64,000 nt of DNA from a virus: positions 1-64,000 of the IMG/VR virus record IMGVR_UViG_3300035704_000002, one strand, 5' to 3'. The notes beneath the pieces were generated by a model. The model searched no databases. It had not been told where the DNA came from and was given only the letters and a program-made list of their open reading frames with translations. The translations under genes and the position numbers were made by a program. Positions 52,801 to 60,774 of this stretch are shown here, in pieces (the first letter of the stretch is position 1; each line of letters opens with the position of its first letter).

Positions 52801-55261
52801 CGGCCAAGACCTGCCCGCCATCGCGCCCGCCGACATCACCACCACCGAAGCCCATCCCGCCCCGGCGCCCGGACCCGATCGGGAAGCGCTGGTGCTGGCC
52901 AGCCGGGCACGCATCGACGCCGCCCAGGCCACGATGACCGGCGCCCTGGATGGCTACCTGTCCCGGCTGGACGGCGTGGTCACCTCGCGCGTCAGGGGGC
53001 CGCGTGTGCGCAAGGGCACGCGCTGGTGGGGCGAGAACGCCAAGAGCCTGCACACGCCGATCTCGCTGGGCGGCGTGACCGGCCTGGAGACCAAGGCAGT
53101 GGACACCGGGTACGCGCTGCCGGACAAGCTGGTCGCCGAGGCGGCCGACGTGGCCCGCCCGATCGCGCAGCGAATCGCGCACGACGCCGCGCTGGCCACC
53201 GCCCGGTCGCTGAGTGTGCGTGTGCCCGGCGATCCGGCCGATATCTCGTTCGCGGTGGACCATGTCGCCCTGGAGCAGGCCGTGGATCGGGCCGTGAGCC
53301 GCGTCCAGGCGGTCGCCGACCACCACGCCACCCTGATCCGTGACGCCATCGGCCACGCCGACGCGCACGCCGAAACACTGGACGAACTGCTGGGCCAGGT
53401 GCAGGCCGCGCATGCCCAGGGCGCCGCCTGGGTGCGCATGGCCGGCCGCGCGGTGACCAACGGCCTGATCCAGGATGTGTCCACCGGGCAGGCGCGCGCC
53501 CTGGGCGTCACCCACGCGCAGTGGCTCTGCGTTGCGGCGGACACCAGGGTTTGGGCGCCAGGCGCGATCAATGTCGCTCAGCGATGGAGTGATGAGGGAC
53601 TACTTCGGATCGCGACAGCGCGGACGGTAGGCACCAGAAATATCCTGTCCGTCACCCCGGATCACCCGCTCCTGACTCAACGCGGTTGGATTTCGGCGCG
53701 CGAGATTCACCCAGGAGATCGACTCGTTCGCAGCGCCTTCGCCCAGAGGGAATCGGGGGGTAACCCACACATAGAGAATCTTCCAGCCAAGATCAGCGAG
53801 ACGTTCCGCGCGGCGGCGCAACTTCGCCCGACCGAGCGGATTATGCGCGTTGCGCCATACTTCGATAGCGACAGGCGCGGCAGCTATGTCGATGTTGTAC
53901 CGATCGACAGCGAGCTGCGGGACTGTCTGCAATCCGCGTTCCATGAGCCACGCGCTCAACTGCTGCTCACCCTCTCCGACCTTGACTTGGAGGGCTTGCT
54001 TGAGCTTCGCTCGTTCCGCCACCACGGCATCAGGTTGGCGTCGTCCAACGTTGAGTCCCGCCAGAAAAACGTTGCGCCCAGCAGTAATGTCGACAGCCTC
54101 ATGAGCGATACGGTTGAGACCAGCGGCCGAGTGGCTCCGCCAGGTGATGCCACGCTCCGTTACGATGAGCTTGATCATTTTGAGGGAAGTGTCGAATTCG
54201 ACCGCCAGTGCTCGCGCGGCACGCCCCGCGACGTATCCGGCGACGATGCCTTCCTTGTCCAGTACGCGACGGTTCCAGCGCAGCGCTTGCGCGGCCCTGG
54301 ACTGCTCGGTAGCTTCGGGGTGAGTCGCGAAGCGGATACGAACGGCTTGCTCGGGGGATCGCAGGACACCAATGTCGCGCAGCCTTCTCCTGATGGTTTC
54401 CGCGCTGACTCCCTCCAGAGTTTCCGCGATCTCGCGGGGCGATTCTCCGATTTGGTAACGCTGGACCAGGTTGTCGATGTCGAGTTCGATCCGACCCCTT
54501 GTCACGTGTACGACCTCCAGACGGAAACTGGCTGGTTCGTAGCCGATGGTTACGTCGTACACAATAGTCGCCGTGACGAACACGTGCGCCCCACCCACGT
54601 GCGGGCCGACGGCCAGGTGCGCGAACTGGGCGCGCCGTTCCGAGTGGGCACGGTCGACCTCGCCTATCCGTGCGATCCGGCCGGACTACCCGACACCTGG
54701 CCCGAGGTGGCCGGCTGCCGATGCGGCCTCCTGTTCCGCGCGCCGGCCGCCGACCACGCCCGCGCCCTGGGCACCCTGTCGACCACCCGGCCCAGCCGCG
54801 CTGGGCCGGGTGCGTTGGCCCTGCTGGCGGCCGTGGCGGCTGGGGGCATCGCGGTACACGAGGTGGCCGCGCCGTTGGGGGTGGCCGGTGGCCCGGACGG
54901 CGCGCCGCCACCATCCCGGCAAGTCGTGACCCACCAGTCGGTGGTCGGCTACCGCGCGCTGGAGCAGGAGCTGGCGGTGACGCCGGGGCAGTGGCTGCGC
55001 CTGCCCGGCCCGATCGTGCTGGGGTTGAGTGCGCCGAGCCTGTTCGCCGAGGGCGCGCCGGTGCTCTCGGTGCTGATTCCGGCTGGCGTCACGCTGACCG
55101 TGGCCGGCGGCCTGGCGGTACTGGCGGCCGGCACGGCGCTGGAAGTGCTCTCCAACGGTCCGACCGGCGTACAGGTGCAGGTCGCGGCACCGCAGGCGTC
55201 CTACTCGAAACCTACTCGAAACCTTGCCGCCACGGACGCGATCACCGCGCCGGCCACGTGA
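52778..55261 (+). CDS. Head morphogenesis protein (Mu gpF / SPP1 gp7-like) containing an intein; start uncertain
   Basis: Spliced junction QWL|SRRDEHVRPTH..ADGQVR...PF.VG...YPCDP...CRC. Confidence 0.82.
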   Translation: MEPASPVNGQDLPAIAPADITTTEAHPAPAPGPDREALVLASRARIDAAQATMTGALDGYLSRLDGVVTSRVRGPRVRKGTRWWGENAKSLHTPISLGGVTGLETKAVDTGYALPDKLVAEAADVARPIAQRIAHDAALATARSLSVRVPGDPADISFAVDHVALEQAVDRAVSRVQAVADHHATLIRDAIGHADAHAETLDELLGQVQAAHAQGAAWVRMAGRAVTNGLIQDVSTGQARALGVTHAQWLCVAADTRVWAPGAINVAQRWSDEGLLRIATARTVGTRNILSVTPDHPLLTQRGWISAREIHPGDRLVRSAFAQRESGGNPHIENLPAKISETFRAAAQLRPTERIMRVAPYFDSDRRGSYVDVVPIDSELRDCLQSAFHEPRAQLLLTLSDLDLEGLLELRSFRHHGIRLASSNVESRQKNVAPSSNVDSLMSDTVETSGRVAPPGDATLRYDELDHFEGSVEFDRQCSRGTPRDVSGDDAFLVQYATVPAQRLRGPGLLGSFGVSREADTNGLLGGSQDTNVAQPSPDGFRADSLQSFRDLAGRFSDLVTLDQVVDVEFDPTPCHVYDLQTETGWFVADGYVVHNSRRDEHVRPTHVRADGQVRELGAPFRVGTVDLAYPCDPAGLPDTWPEVAGCRCGLLFRAPAADHARALGTLSTTRPSRAGPGALALLAAVAAGGIAVHEVAAPLGVAGGPDGAPPPSRQVVTHQSVVGYRALEQELAVTPGQWLRLPGPIVLGLSAPSLFAEGAPVLSVLIPAGVTLTVAGGLAVLAAGTALEVLSNGPTGVQVQVAAPQASYSKPTRNLAATDAITAPAT
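53528..54565 (+). mobile_element. Intein 1 (346 aa) in the MuF-like protein
   Basis: Cys1 CVAADTRV, block B VTPDHPLLTQRGW, blocks F/G HVYDLQTETGWFVADGYVVHN then Ser; lower GC. Confidence 0.9.
53600..54505 (-). CDS. HTH-HTH plus Vsr/DUF559-like endonuclease encoded antisense inside intein 1
   Basis: GGAGG-8 nt-GTG; two HTH repeats; E.QL..WL..RG....PQ..VDRYNIDIA...VAIEV...H...L.DLGWKILYVW. Confidence 0.82.
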   Translation of the reverse strand: MTRGRIELDIDNLVQRYQIGESPREIAETLEGVSAETIRRRLRDIGVLRSPEQAVRIRFATHPEATEQSRAAQALRWNRRVLDKEGIVAGYVAGRAARALAVEFDTSLKMIKLIVTERGITWRSHSAAGLNRIAHEAVDITAGRNVFLAGLNVGRRQPDAVVAERAKLKQALQVKVGEGEQQLSAWLMERGLQTVPQLAVDRYNIDIAAAPVAIEVWRNAHNPLGRAKLRRRAERLADLGWKILYVWVTPRFPLGEGAANESISWVNLARRNPTALSQERVIRGDGQDISGAYRPRCRDPK

Positions 55262-55565
55262 ACTGACCGGCCTCGTTGCCGTGCACGACCTTCTGCACCC
55301 AGTGGGTATCGGTGCCATCCAGCCACACCTGTCCGTTGACGGGCGTATCCGGGTCGATGGTGCGCGAGCCGTGCGGCAGCCCCCACAGCCGCACGATCAG
55401 CATCGGGAAGACCTGGCCCGGCGCCACGGCGTTGCCTCGGTGGATCAGTTCGCCGGCACCGTTGCGCGCCCGGCGCTGGTGCTCGATCTGGCGTATATCC
55501 TCGACGGTGAGTTGGTAGAGCACGAGTCGGGGCGGATTGGGCAGCGAAGCGTCCTGGGTTCCCAT
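55242..55565 (-). CDS. hypothetical phage protein
   Basis: GN....G...PMLIVR...VNGQVWLDG.D..W...WP.R; TACCGT 6 nt before ATG. Confidence 0.65.
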   Translation of the reverse strand: MGTQDASLPNPPRLVLYQLTVEDIRQIEHQRRARNGAGELIHRGNAVAPGQVFPMLIVRLWGLPHGSRTIDPDTPVNGQVWLDGTDTHWVQKVVHGNEAGQFTWPAR

Positions 55566-55671
55566 GTCCGCACGGTAGTCGGACACCTCGATCGTGTCGG
55601 CATGCCGGCCGCGCCGTCGCGCTGGGCTAGATTCACCGCGACGATCACAACTATTACCCAGGAGTAACACG

Positions 55672-56955
55672 GTGGGAGCTGCACCCGAGGTCGCCGACCC
55701 GTGGTCATCCCTGCGTCACACGCTCGAACGCACCAACACCTGGTACACGATGGCGTCGGGACTGGTCAGCGGTGCGCGCAGCCTCTACGCGCACTGGCGG
55801 GAACACAGCACCTTCACCGTGTCGGTGTCCAGCGCCGATCCCGGCTACCAGGACGTGCACGACTGGCTCGTGAACGCCGTACCGCCGGCCCGGCGACGGG
55901 CGCTGATGGTGTGCTCCGGCCAGCCCTATGCCGACTCCTCCGACGCCGTGCCCGCGTCGGACTCGCCGCCGACCGCCAGCGCACCGGTGCGCCTGGCCTA
56001 CGACTCCGGCCACGAACAGACCGTGCTGGTGTCCGGCCGGGCGGTGCGGGTGGCGTTGGCGCGTGGCGAGGACGACAGCGCCGGCTCGGGCGGCATGCGA
56101 CGTGTCCCGCCGGACCGGATCGTGTTCCGATGCCCCAGCCAGGCGGCCCAGCAGGCCGTCATCGACCACCTGATCACGATCATCGGTGACCGTTCGAACC
56201 GGCGCCGGACACCCCAACTGCACGTGCTCTCCTCGTGGGGCGGCTGGACGCGCCGTTCCGACATCCCGCCGCGCAGCCTGGAATCGGTTGTGCTGCGTGC
56301 CGGCCAGATGGAGGAGTTGATCTCTGATCTGGGCGAGTTCCTGAGCGCCGAGACCGAGTACATCCGCAGGGGTCAGCCCTGGCACTACGGCTGCCTGCTG
56401 CAAGGTCCGCCCGGCACCGGCAAGACCAGCATCGTCAAGGCGCTGGCCAGCCACTTCGGCCTGGATCTGTGGCACGTGCCGCTCGGCGACCTCATCAGTG
56501 ACACCAGCCTGTCCACCCTGCTGGCGCAGGTGCATCCGCGTTCCATGCTGCTGCTGGAGGACGTGGACATCTACGCCGCCGCGACCAGCCGCAAGGCCGA
56601 GGCGGAACAGGTGTCGCTCTCGGGTCTGCTCAACGCGCTGGACGGGGTGATCACGCCACACGGCCTGATCATCGTACTGACCAGTAACGAGCCGGCATCC
56701 CTCGATCCCGCGCTGGTCCGGCCCGGCCGCATCGACCGGGTGGAGAACGTCGACCACCTCACCGACGAACAGGCACACCGGCTGTTCGTCACCTTCTACC
56801 AGCAGCCTGCGCGGCTGACCTGGACCATCGCGCCCGAGACCGCCAGCGCCGCCGTCATCGGCGTGTTCAAACACCACCTGCGCGACCCGGACGCGGCCGA
56901 GCGGGCGCTGTGCCGCGCACTGGCACACCAGCCTCCGCTCCCGGTACCGGTGTAG
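55672..56955 (+). CDS. AAA+ ATPase (BCS1-like)
   Basis: GPPGTGKTS, LLLEDVD, SLSGLLNALDG, LDPALVRPGRID; CAGGAG RBS. Confidence 0.88.
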   Translation: MGAAPEVADPWSSLRHTLERTNTWYTMASGLVSGARSLYAHWREHSTFTVSVSSADPGYQDVHDWLVNAVPPARRRALMVCSGQPYADSSDAVPASDSPPTASAPVRLAYDSGHEQTVLVSGRAVRVALARGEDDSAGSGGMRRVPPDRIVFRCPSQAAQQAVIDHLITIIGDRSNRRRTPQLHVLSSWGGWTRRSDIPPRSLESVVLRAGQMEELISDLGEFLSAETEYIRRGQPWHYGCLLQGPPGTGKTSIVKALASHFGLDLWHVPLGDLISDTSLSTLLAQVHPRSMLLLEDVDIYAAATSRKAEAEQVSLSGLLNALDGVITPHGLIIVLTSNEPASLDPALVRPGRIDRVENVDHLTDEQAHRLFVTFYQQPARLTWTIAPETASAAVIGVFKHHLRDPDAAERALCRALAHQPPLPVPV

Positions 56956-57011
56956 CCCCGGATCACCCAGTCGGCGAGCCTGACCGAGAAACCCCGCCGC
57001 ACGCTGCCACG

Positions 57012-60000
57012 ATGTCGCGCGTGGCGAACCGAGACCCCGAAGCAGACGGCCCGCGCACCTCGGGCATGGTGGCGCTGATGCCCACGGCGGCCGATGCCCA
57101 ACGTCTCGCCGTGGACGGCGGCGAAGACCCCGACCAGTTGCACCTCACGCTGGCCTACCTCGGTGACAACGCCACCGGCCTGCCGCCGGAAACCCAGCAG
57201 GCACTCCATCAGGTGATGGGGCACCTGGCAGCCGAGACACCGCCGGTGGACGCCCGCGCCGCCGGGCATCTGCTGCTGAATCCCGACGGTGGCCCGGACG
57301 GTGACCGCACGCCCGTGGCGGCCTACCTGATGTCCGACTCCGACGCGCTCACCCCGCTGCACGAGGCGGCGAAGGCGGCGGCCGGCGCGGCCGACCCGGC
57401 CCTGACCCAGTTCTCGCCGTTCATCCCGCACGTGTCCGGCGCCTACGACCGCGACGCCGGAGCGCTGGGCTACGCCGGACCGGTCAGCTTCGACCGGATG
57501 CGGGTAGCGATCGGCGACGGGCACACCGACTACCCGCTGACCGGCCCGGCGTCCGGGGGCACCGATCCGGATGCCGACGGCGACATTGATGACGGCACCG
57601 GCGTGAACACCGACGACGACCCCACCGTGGGCGATGACGGCGCCAGGTCCGACAAGCCGGAGGGCAAGTCCGTGATCAGCCTGGCCGAGTTGGTGGAGCT
57701 GGCCGAACTGACCAACCTGGTGAGCGAAACCAAGGGCGACGCCCCCGACGGCGGCAACTCCGACGCGCCGCCCCACTCGATGCCCGACGGCAGCTACCAG
57801 ATCAACCATCCCGGCCAGCTCAAGCAGGCCATCAACGCGCTGACCGCCTACCAGGTCGCCAAGGGCAAGCGCGGGGCGCTGCGCAAGCATGTGATGAAGC
57901 ACGCCGCGCGATTGCACGCGCAGAACATGGTGCCACAGTCCATTCAGGACGAAGGCGACGACGACCCCGACGCCAAGAAGGACGCCGCGCCGGAGCCGGT
58001 CGAGACGAAGAACGTCGTGGCCACCCAGGCCGGCGTGGCCAGGTACGGCAAGCCGATCGGGACCGTGCTGGGCGCGCCGCGTGATGCCGCCGCCGCGCAG
58101 GCGCAGAAGGACACCGGCGCGGTCACCGCCTACCAGGATCTGCTCGCCGGTAACACGCGGAGCGTGGAACCGCTGAACACGATGGACCCCAGCAGCCTCG
58201 AAGCACTCACGCGCGTCGCCTACAGCTACAAATCCTCCGATCCGAAGGTCGTGGCACTGCGCGTGCAACTGGCCAACGAGCTGGCCAAACGCGGCCTGAA
58301 GGTCACCAGTTTCGGCGCCCTGGGCGGTGGCGGACCGACCAAGCCCGCCAGGGGCAAGGCGCCGGTCAAGCCGAAGGCGCCCGCGAAGCCGGCCCCGACT
58401 CCAGCGCAGGTTGCCGGCGCGCGCGGCGTGGCCGCGCCGCACGTCCAGGCCAAGGGTGATCTGGACGTCACGGAGGTGGAGTACAAGACGAAGTACACCG
58501 CTGATGACCGGCGCACCATGGCCAAGAAGGGGCAGGCGCTGCCGGATGGTTGCCTCTCTGGTGACACGTTGGTGGCAACTCGCAATGGCTCCGTCCGCAT
58601 TGACGCCCTCCCGTCTGAGTGCGAATTGCTAACTGATCACGGGTGGACGCAAGCTACTGTCTGCGGATTTGGAGTACAGAAACTGCGAGCTGTTGAACTG
58701 TTTGACGGTGTGCGAACCGAGATCGTCCACGCTACGTCAGGTCACAGATGGCTGATTGATGGTGGCGACTGGAGACTCACAGACGATCTGATCGTTGGCG
58801 ACCGCATTCCCCATGTTGATGTATCGAGCAATGATTTCAATGCCGACCTCGTCAACACGGCCCATCAGCGTATTGCACGTAAGGCAAAGCAGACCCCGCA
58901 CCATTCCAGTGCGATGGTCGTGATCAACCTGGAAGCCGGTCCATGTACGACCGGTACGAGTGTTGGCACGATTGATCTTCGGGATGCGATGACAGATAGC
59001 ACACAGGCCGCGCTGACTGGCAAGAAGTGCGTCGAACTCCGCTTGTCCAATGCTGTACTTGCGCCGCAGCATTCCATCTCGGCGACGCATCCAGCGCTCA
59101 TCGGCAACATCCACCCGTTCAGCGCTGGTGCGTGCTCTGTTTTGGCAGCAGAAACGGCAGTCGGTTCGCCGACGCTGATTGCGGATATAGAAATCGGTAT
59201 GCGGTCGTTCGGCGCCGCAGGTGCGGCAGGTGACAAAACCGACATAGCCGACTGGTACACCCTTGGCGTAAACGGACACGGTCATCCCACGAATGCTACC
59301 CGTTCGTGGGAGGTTGTGGGTATCAAAGCCACGCGCCGCATCGAGGAGGTTTTTTGCGCACTGGTTCCAGACTTGCACCGGTTTGTACTAGCCAGTGGCG
59401 TTTTGACCGGAAATAGTTATCCGATCATGGACCGGTCCGACCTGGACTCCGCGATCCGACTACGCGGACGGCACAGCGAATACTCCGCCGATACGGTCGT
59501 CAAGCACATCGTCAAACGCGCCAAGGCGATCGACGCCACCGACATGCTGCCCGACGGCATGGCCGCCGGGGTGCAGGAGAAGCAACTGTCCTGGGACGGC
59601 GCGCCGGACGCGTTCACGGCCGGCGTGCTGCTCGGCCTGTCCGGCCTGGACACCGACGAAGCGCTGGAGCTGAAGGCCGGCCCGCCGGGACACACCTTCG
59701 CCTCGCCCGACCCGAACGCCGCACGGCTGCGCCGGTACTGGGTGTTCGGCAAGGGACGCGCAAAGATCAACTGGGGTGTTCCGGGCGACTTCGACCGCTG
59801 CGTCGCGGAACTCACCAAGTACGTCGGCGACCGCGCCAAGGGCTTGTGCAACATCTACCACCGCTCCGCGCTCGGCGTCGCGCCCGGCCAGGAGGACAAG
59901 CCCGGCCACGCCGTCGCCAAGGCCGTGGGTGCCATGGTGGGTGCCAAGAAGTCCGAGGACGACGAGACCGAAACCAAGGCGCTGACCGCGTTGTGGGTAC

Positions 60001-60755
60001 GCGACCCGGCCGCCGTGGACGGGTGGCGTGCCTACGCGCCCGCGTGGCCACTGGATGACGACCTGATCGCGGAAATGAAAGCGTTGCGTCCCAACAAGCC
60101 CAGCGGTGGCTACGTCGGGGCCGACGACGAGGAGGACAGCCCCGACGGCAACGCGCCCGACGATACGAACAACACCGACTCGGGCACCGACGACGACGTA
60201 CTGTCCGCGCTGGACAACTATGCCGCCATGGCACCACAGATCAGCCCCGAAGACGCCTACATGCAGGCCATCGGCGACCAGATCCCCTGGCAACTGGCCG
60301 CCACCGGCGATCTGGTCAACCCCGACTCGCCCGGTGGTGAAGTGCCTGTGCTACAACGCGAGGAAGCGCGGTTCGGTGAGGCCGGACCGTCCGACGCGGC
60401 CGTGGACGACCTGTCCGGCACCGACGAGGTACCCGACGCCGACGACGCCGGGGCGGATGACGACCCCACCTTCCCCGATGACGGTGATCTGAGCTTCGAC
60501 CCGGACGATACGAACGAGACCGATGACGGCACGGATGGCCCGGATGACGGCGCCGGGGACACCGGCGACGGTTCGAACGAGAGCGACACCGGCGCCGCCA
60601 TTCCGGAGGTGGCCGAACTGCTGGCCGACCTGATGGCCGAACAGGACACGGTGGCCGCGCCGACGGATGACGACGATGCTGGCGAGCCGGAGGAAGACAG
60701 CACGGCGATCACTACCGCCCCGAAGCGCCAGGCCGCCGCCAGTGTTACCGCGTAA
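57012..60755 (+). CDS. Large modular head-associated protein: 2H phosphoesterase, two PDGSY(P/Q)I modules, intein, acidic tail
   Basis: LHLTLAYLG and FIPHVS 2H motifs; MPDGSYQI; ALPDG|SYPI; RLRRYW...KINWGVPGDFDRC; D/E-rich C-terminus. Confidence 0.78.
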   Translation: MSRVANRDPEADGPRTSGMVALMPTAADAQRLAVDGGEDPDQLHLTLAYLGDNATGLPPETQQALHQVMGHLAAETPPVDARAAGHLLLNPDGGPDGDRTPVAAYLMSDSDALTPLHEAAKAAAGAADPALTQFSPFIPHVSGAYDRDAGALGYAGPVSFDRMRVAIGDGHTDYPLTGPASGGTDPDADGDIDDGTGVNTDDDPTVGDDGARSDKPEGKSVISLAELVELAELTNLVSETKGDAPDGGNSDAPPHSMPDGSYQINHPGQLKQAINALTAYQVAKGKRGALRKHVMKHAARLHAQNMVPQSIQDEGDDDPDAKKDAAPEPVETKNVVATQAGVARYGKPIGTVLGAPRDAAAAQAQKDTGAVTAYQDLLAGNTRSVEPLNTMDPSSLEALTRVAYSYKSSDPKVVALRVQLANELAKRGLKVTSFGALGGGGPTKPARGKAPVKPKAPAKPAPTPAQVAGARGVAAPHVQAKGDLDVTEVEYKTKYTADDRRTMAKKGQALPDGCLSGDTLVATRNGSVRIDALPSECELLTDHGWTQATVCGFGVQKLRAVELFDGVRTEIVHATSGHRWLIDGGDWRLTDDLIVGDRIPHVDVSSNDFNADLVNTAHQRIARKAKQTPHHSSAMVVINLEAGPCTTGTSVGTIDLRDAMTDSTQAALTGKKCVELRLSNAVLAPQHSISATHPALIGNIHPFSAGACSVLAAETAVGSPTLIADIEIGMRSFGAAGAAGDKTDIADWYTLGVNGHGHPTNATRSWEVVGIKATRRIEEVFCALVPDLHRFVLASGVLTGNSYPIMDRSDLDSAIRLRGRHSEYSADTVVKHIVKRAKAIDATDMLPDGMAAGVQEKQLSWDGAPDAFTAGVLLGLSGLDTDEALELKAGPPGHTFASPDPNAARLRRYWVFGKGRAKINWGVPGDFDRCVAELTKYVGDRAKGLCNIYHRSALGVAPGQEDKPGHAVAKAVGAMVGAKKSEDDETETKALTALWVRDPAAVDGWRAYAPAWPLDDDLIAEMKALRPNKPSGGYVGADDEEDSPDGNAPDDTNNTDSGTDDDVLSALDNYAAMAPQISPEDAYMQAIGDQIPWQLAATGDLVNPDSPGGEVPVLQREEARFGEAGPSDAAVDDLSGTDEVPDADDAGADDDPTFPDDGDLSFDPDDTNETDDGTDGPDDGAGDTGDGSNESDTGAAIPEVAELLADLMAEQDTVAAPTDDDDAGEPEEDSTAITTAPKRQAAASVTA
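58551..59414 (+). mobile_element. Intein 2 (288 aa)
   Basis: Cys1 CLSGDTLV, block B HATSGHRW, blocks F/G EEVFCALVPDLHRFVLASGVLTGN then Ser; lower GC. Confidence 0.88.
58737..59285 (-). CDS. Endonuclease VII-like (His-Me finger) nuclease encoded antisense inside intein 2
   Basis: CRTC...CRFC; LRRKYSI...EF..LL..Q.GLCAIC...VDHDHRTGMVRGLLCLTCN. Confidence 0.9.
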   Translation of the reverse strand: MTVSVYAKGVPVGYVGFVTCRTCGAERPHTDFYIRNQRRRTDCRFCCQNRARTSAERVDVADERWMRRRDGMLRRKYSIGQAEFDALLASQRGLCAICHRIPKINRANTRTGRTWTGFQVDHDHRTGMVRGLLCLTCNTLMGRVDEVGIEIIARYINMGNAVANDQIVCESPVATINQPSVT

Positions 60756-60774
60756 GGACAGGAGGGGCGCCCAC

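Noticed and set aside
18700-57020. A distinct late-promoter consensus upstream of terL, IPT/TIG, portal and the 57012 gene
   Set aside because: Only weak CACACT/GACACT/CACGAT -10-like hexamers; no convincing shared upstream element by eye
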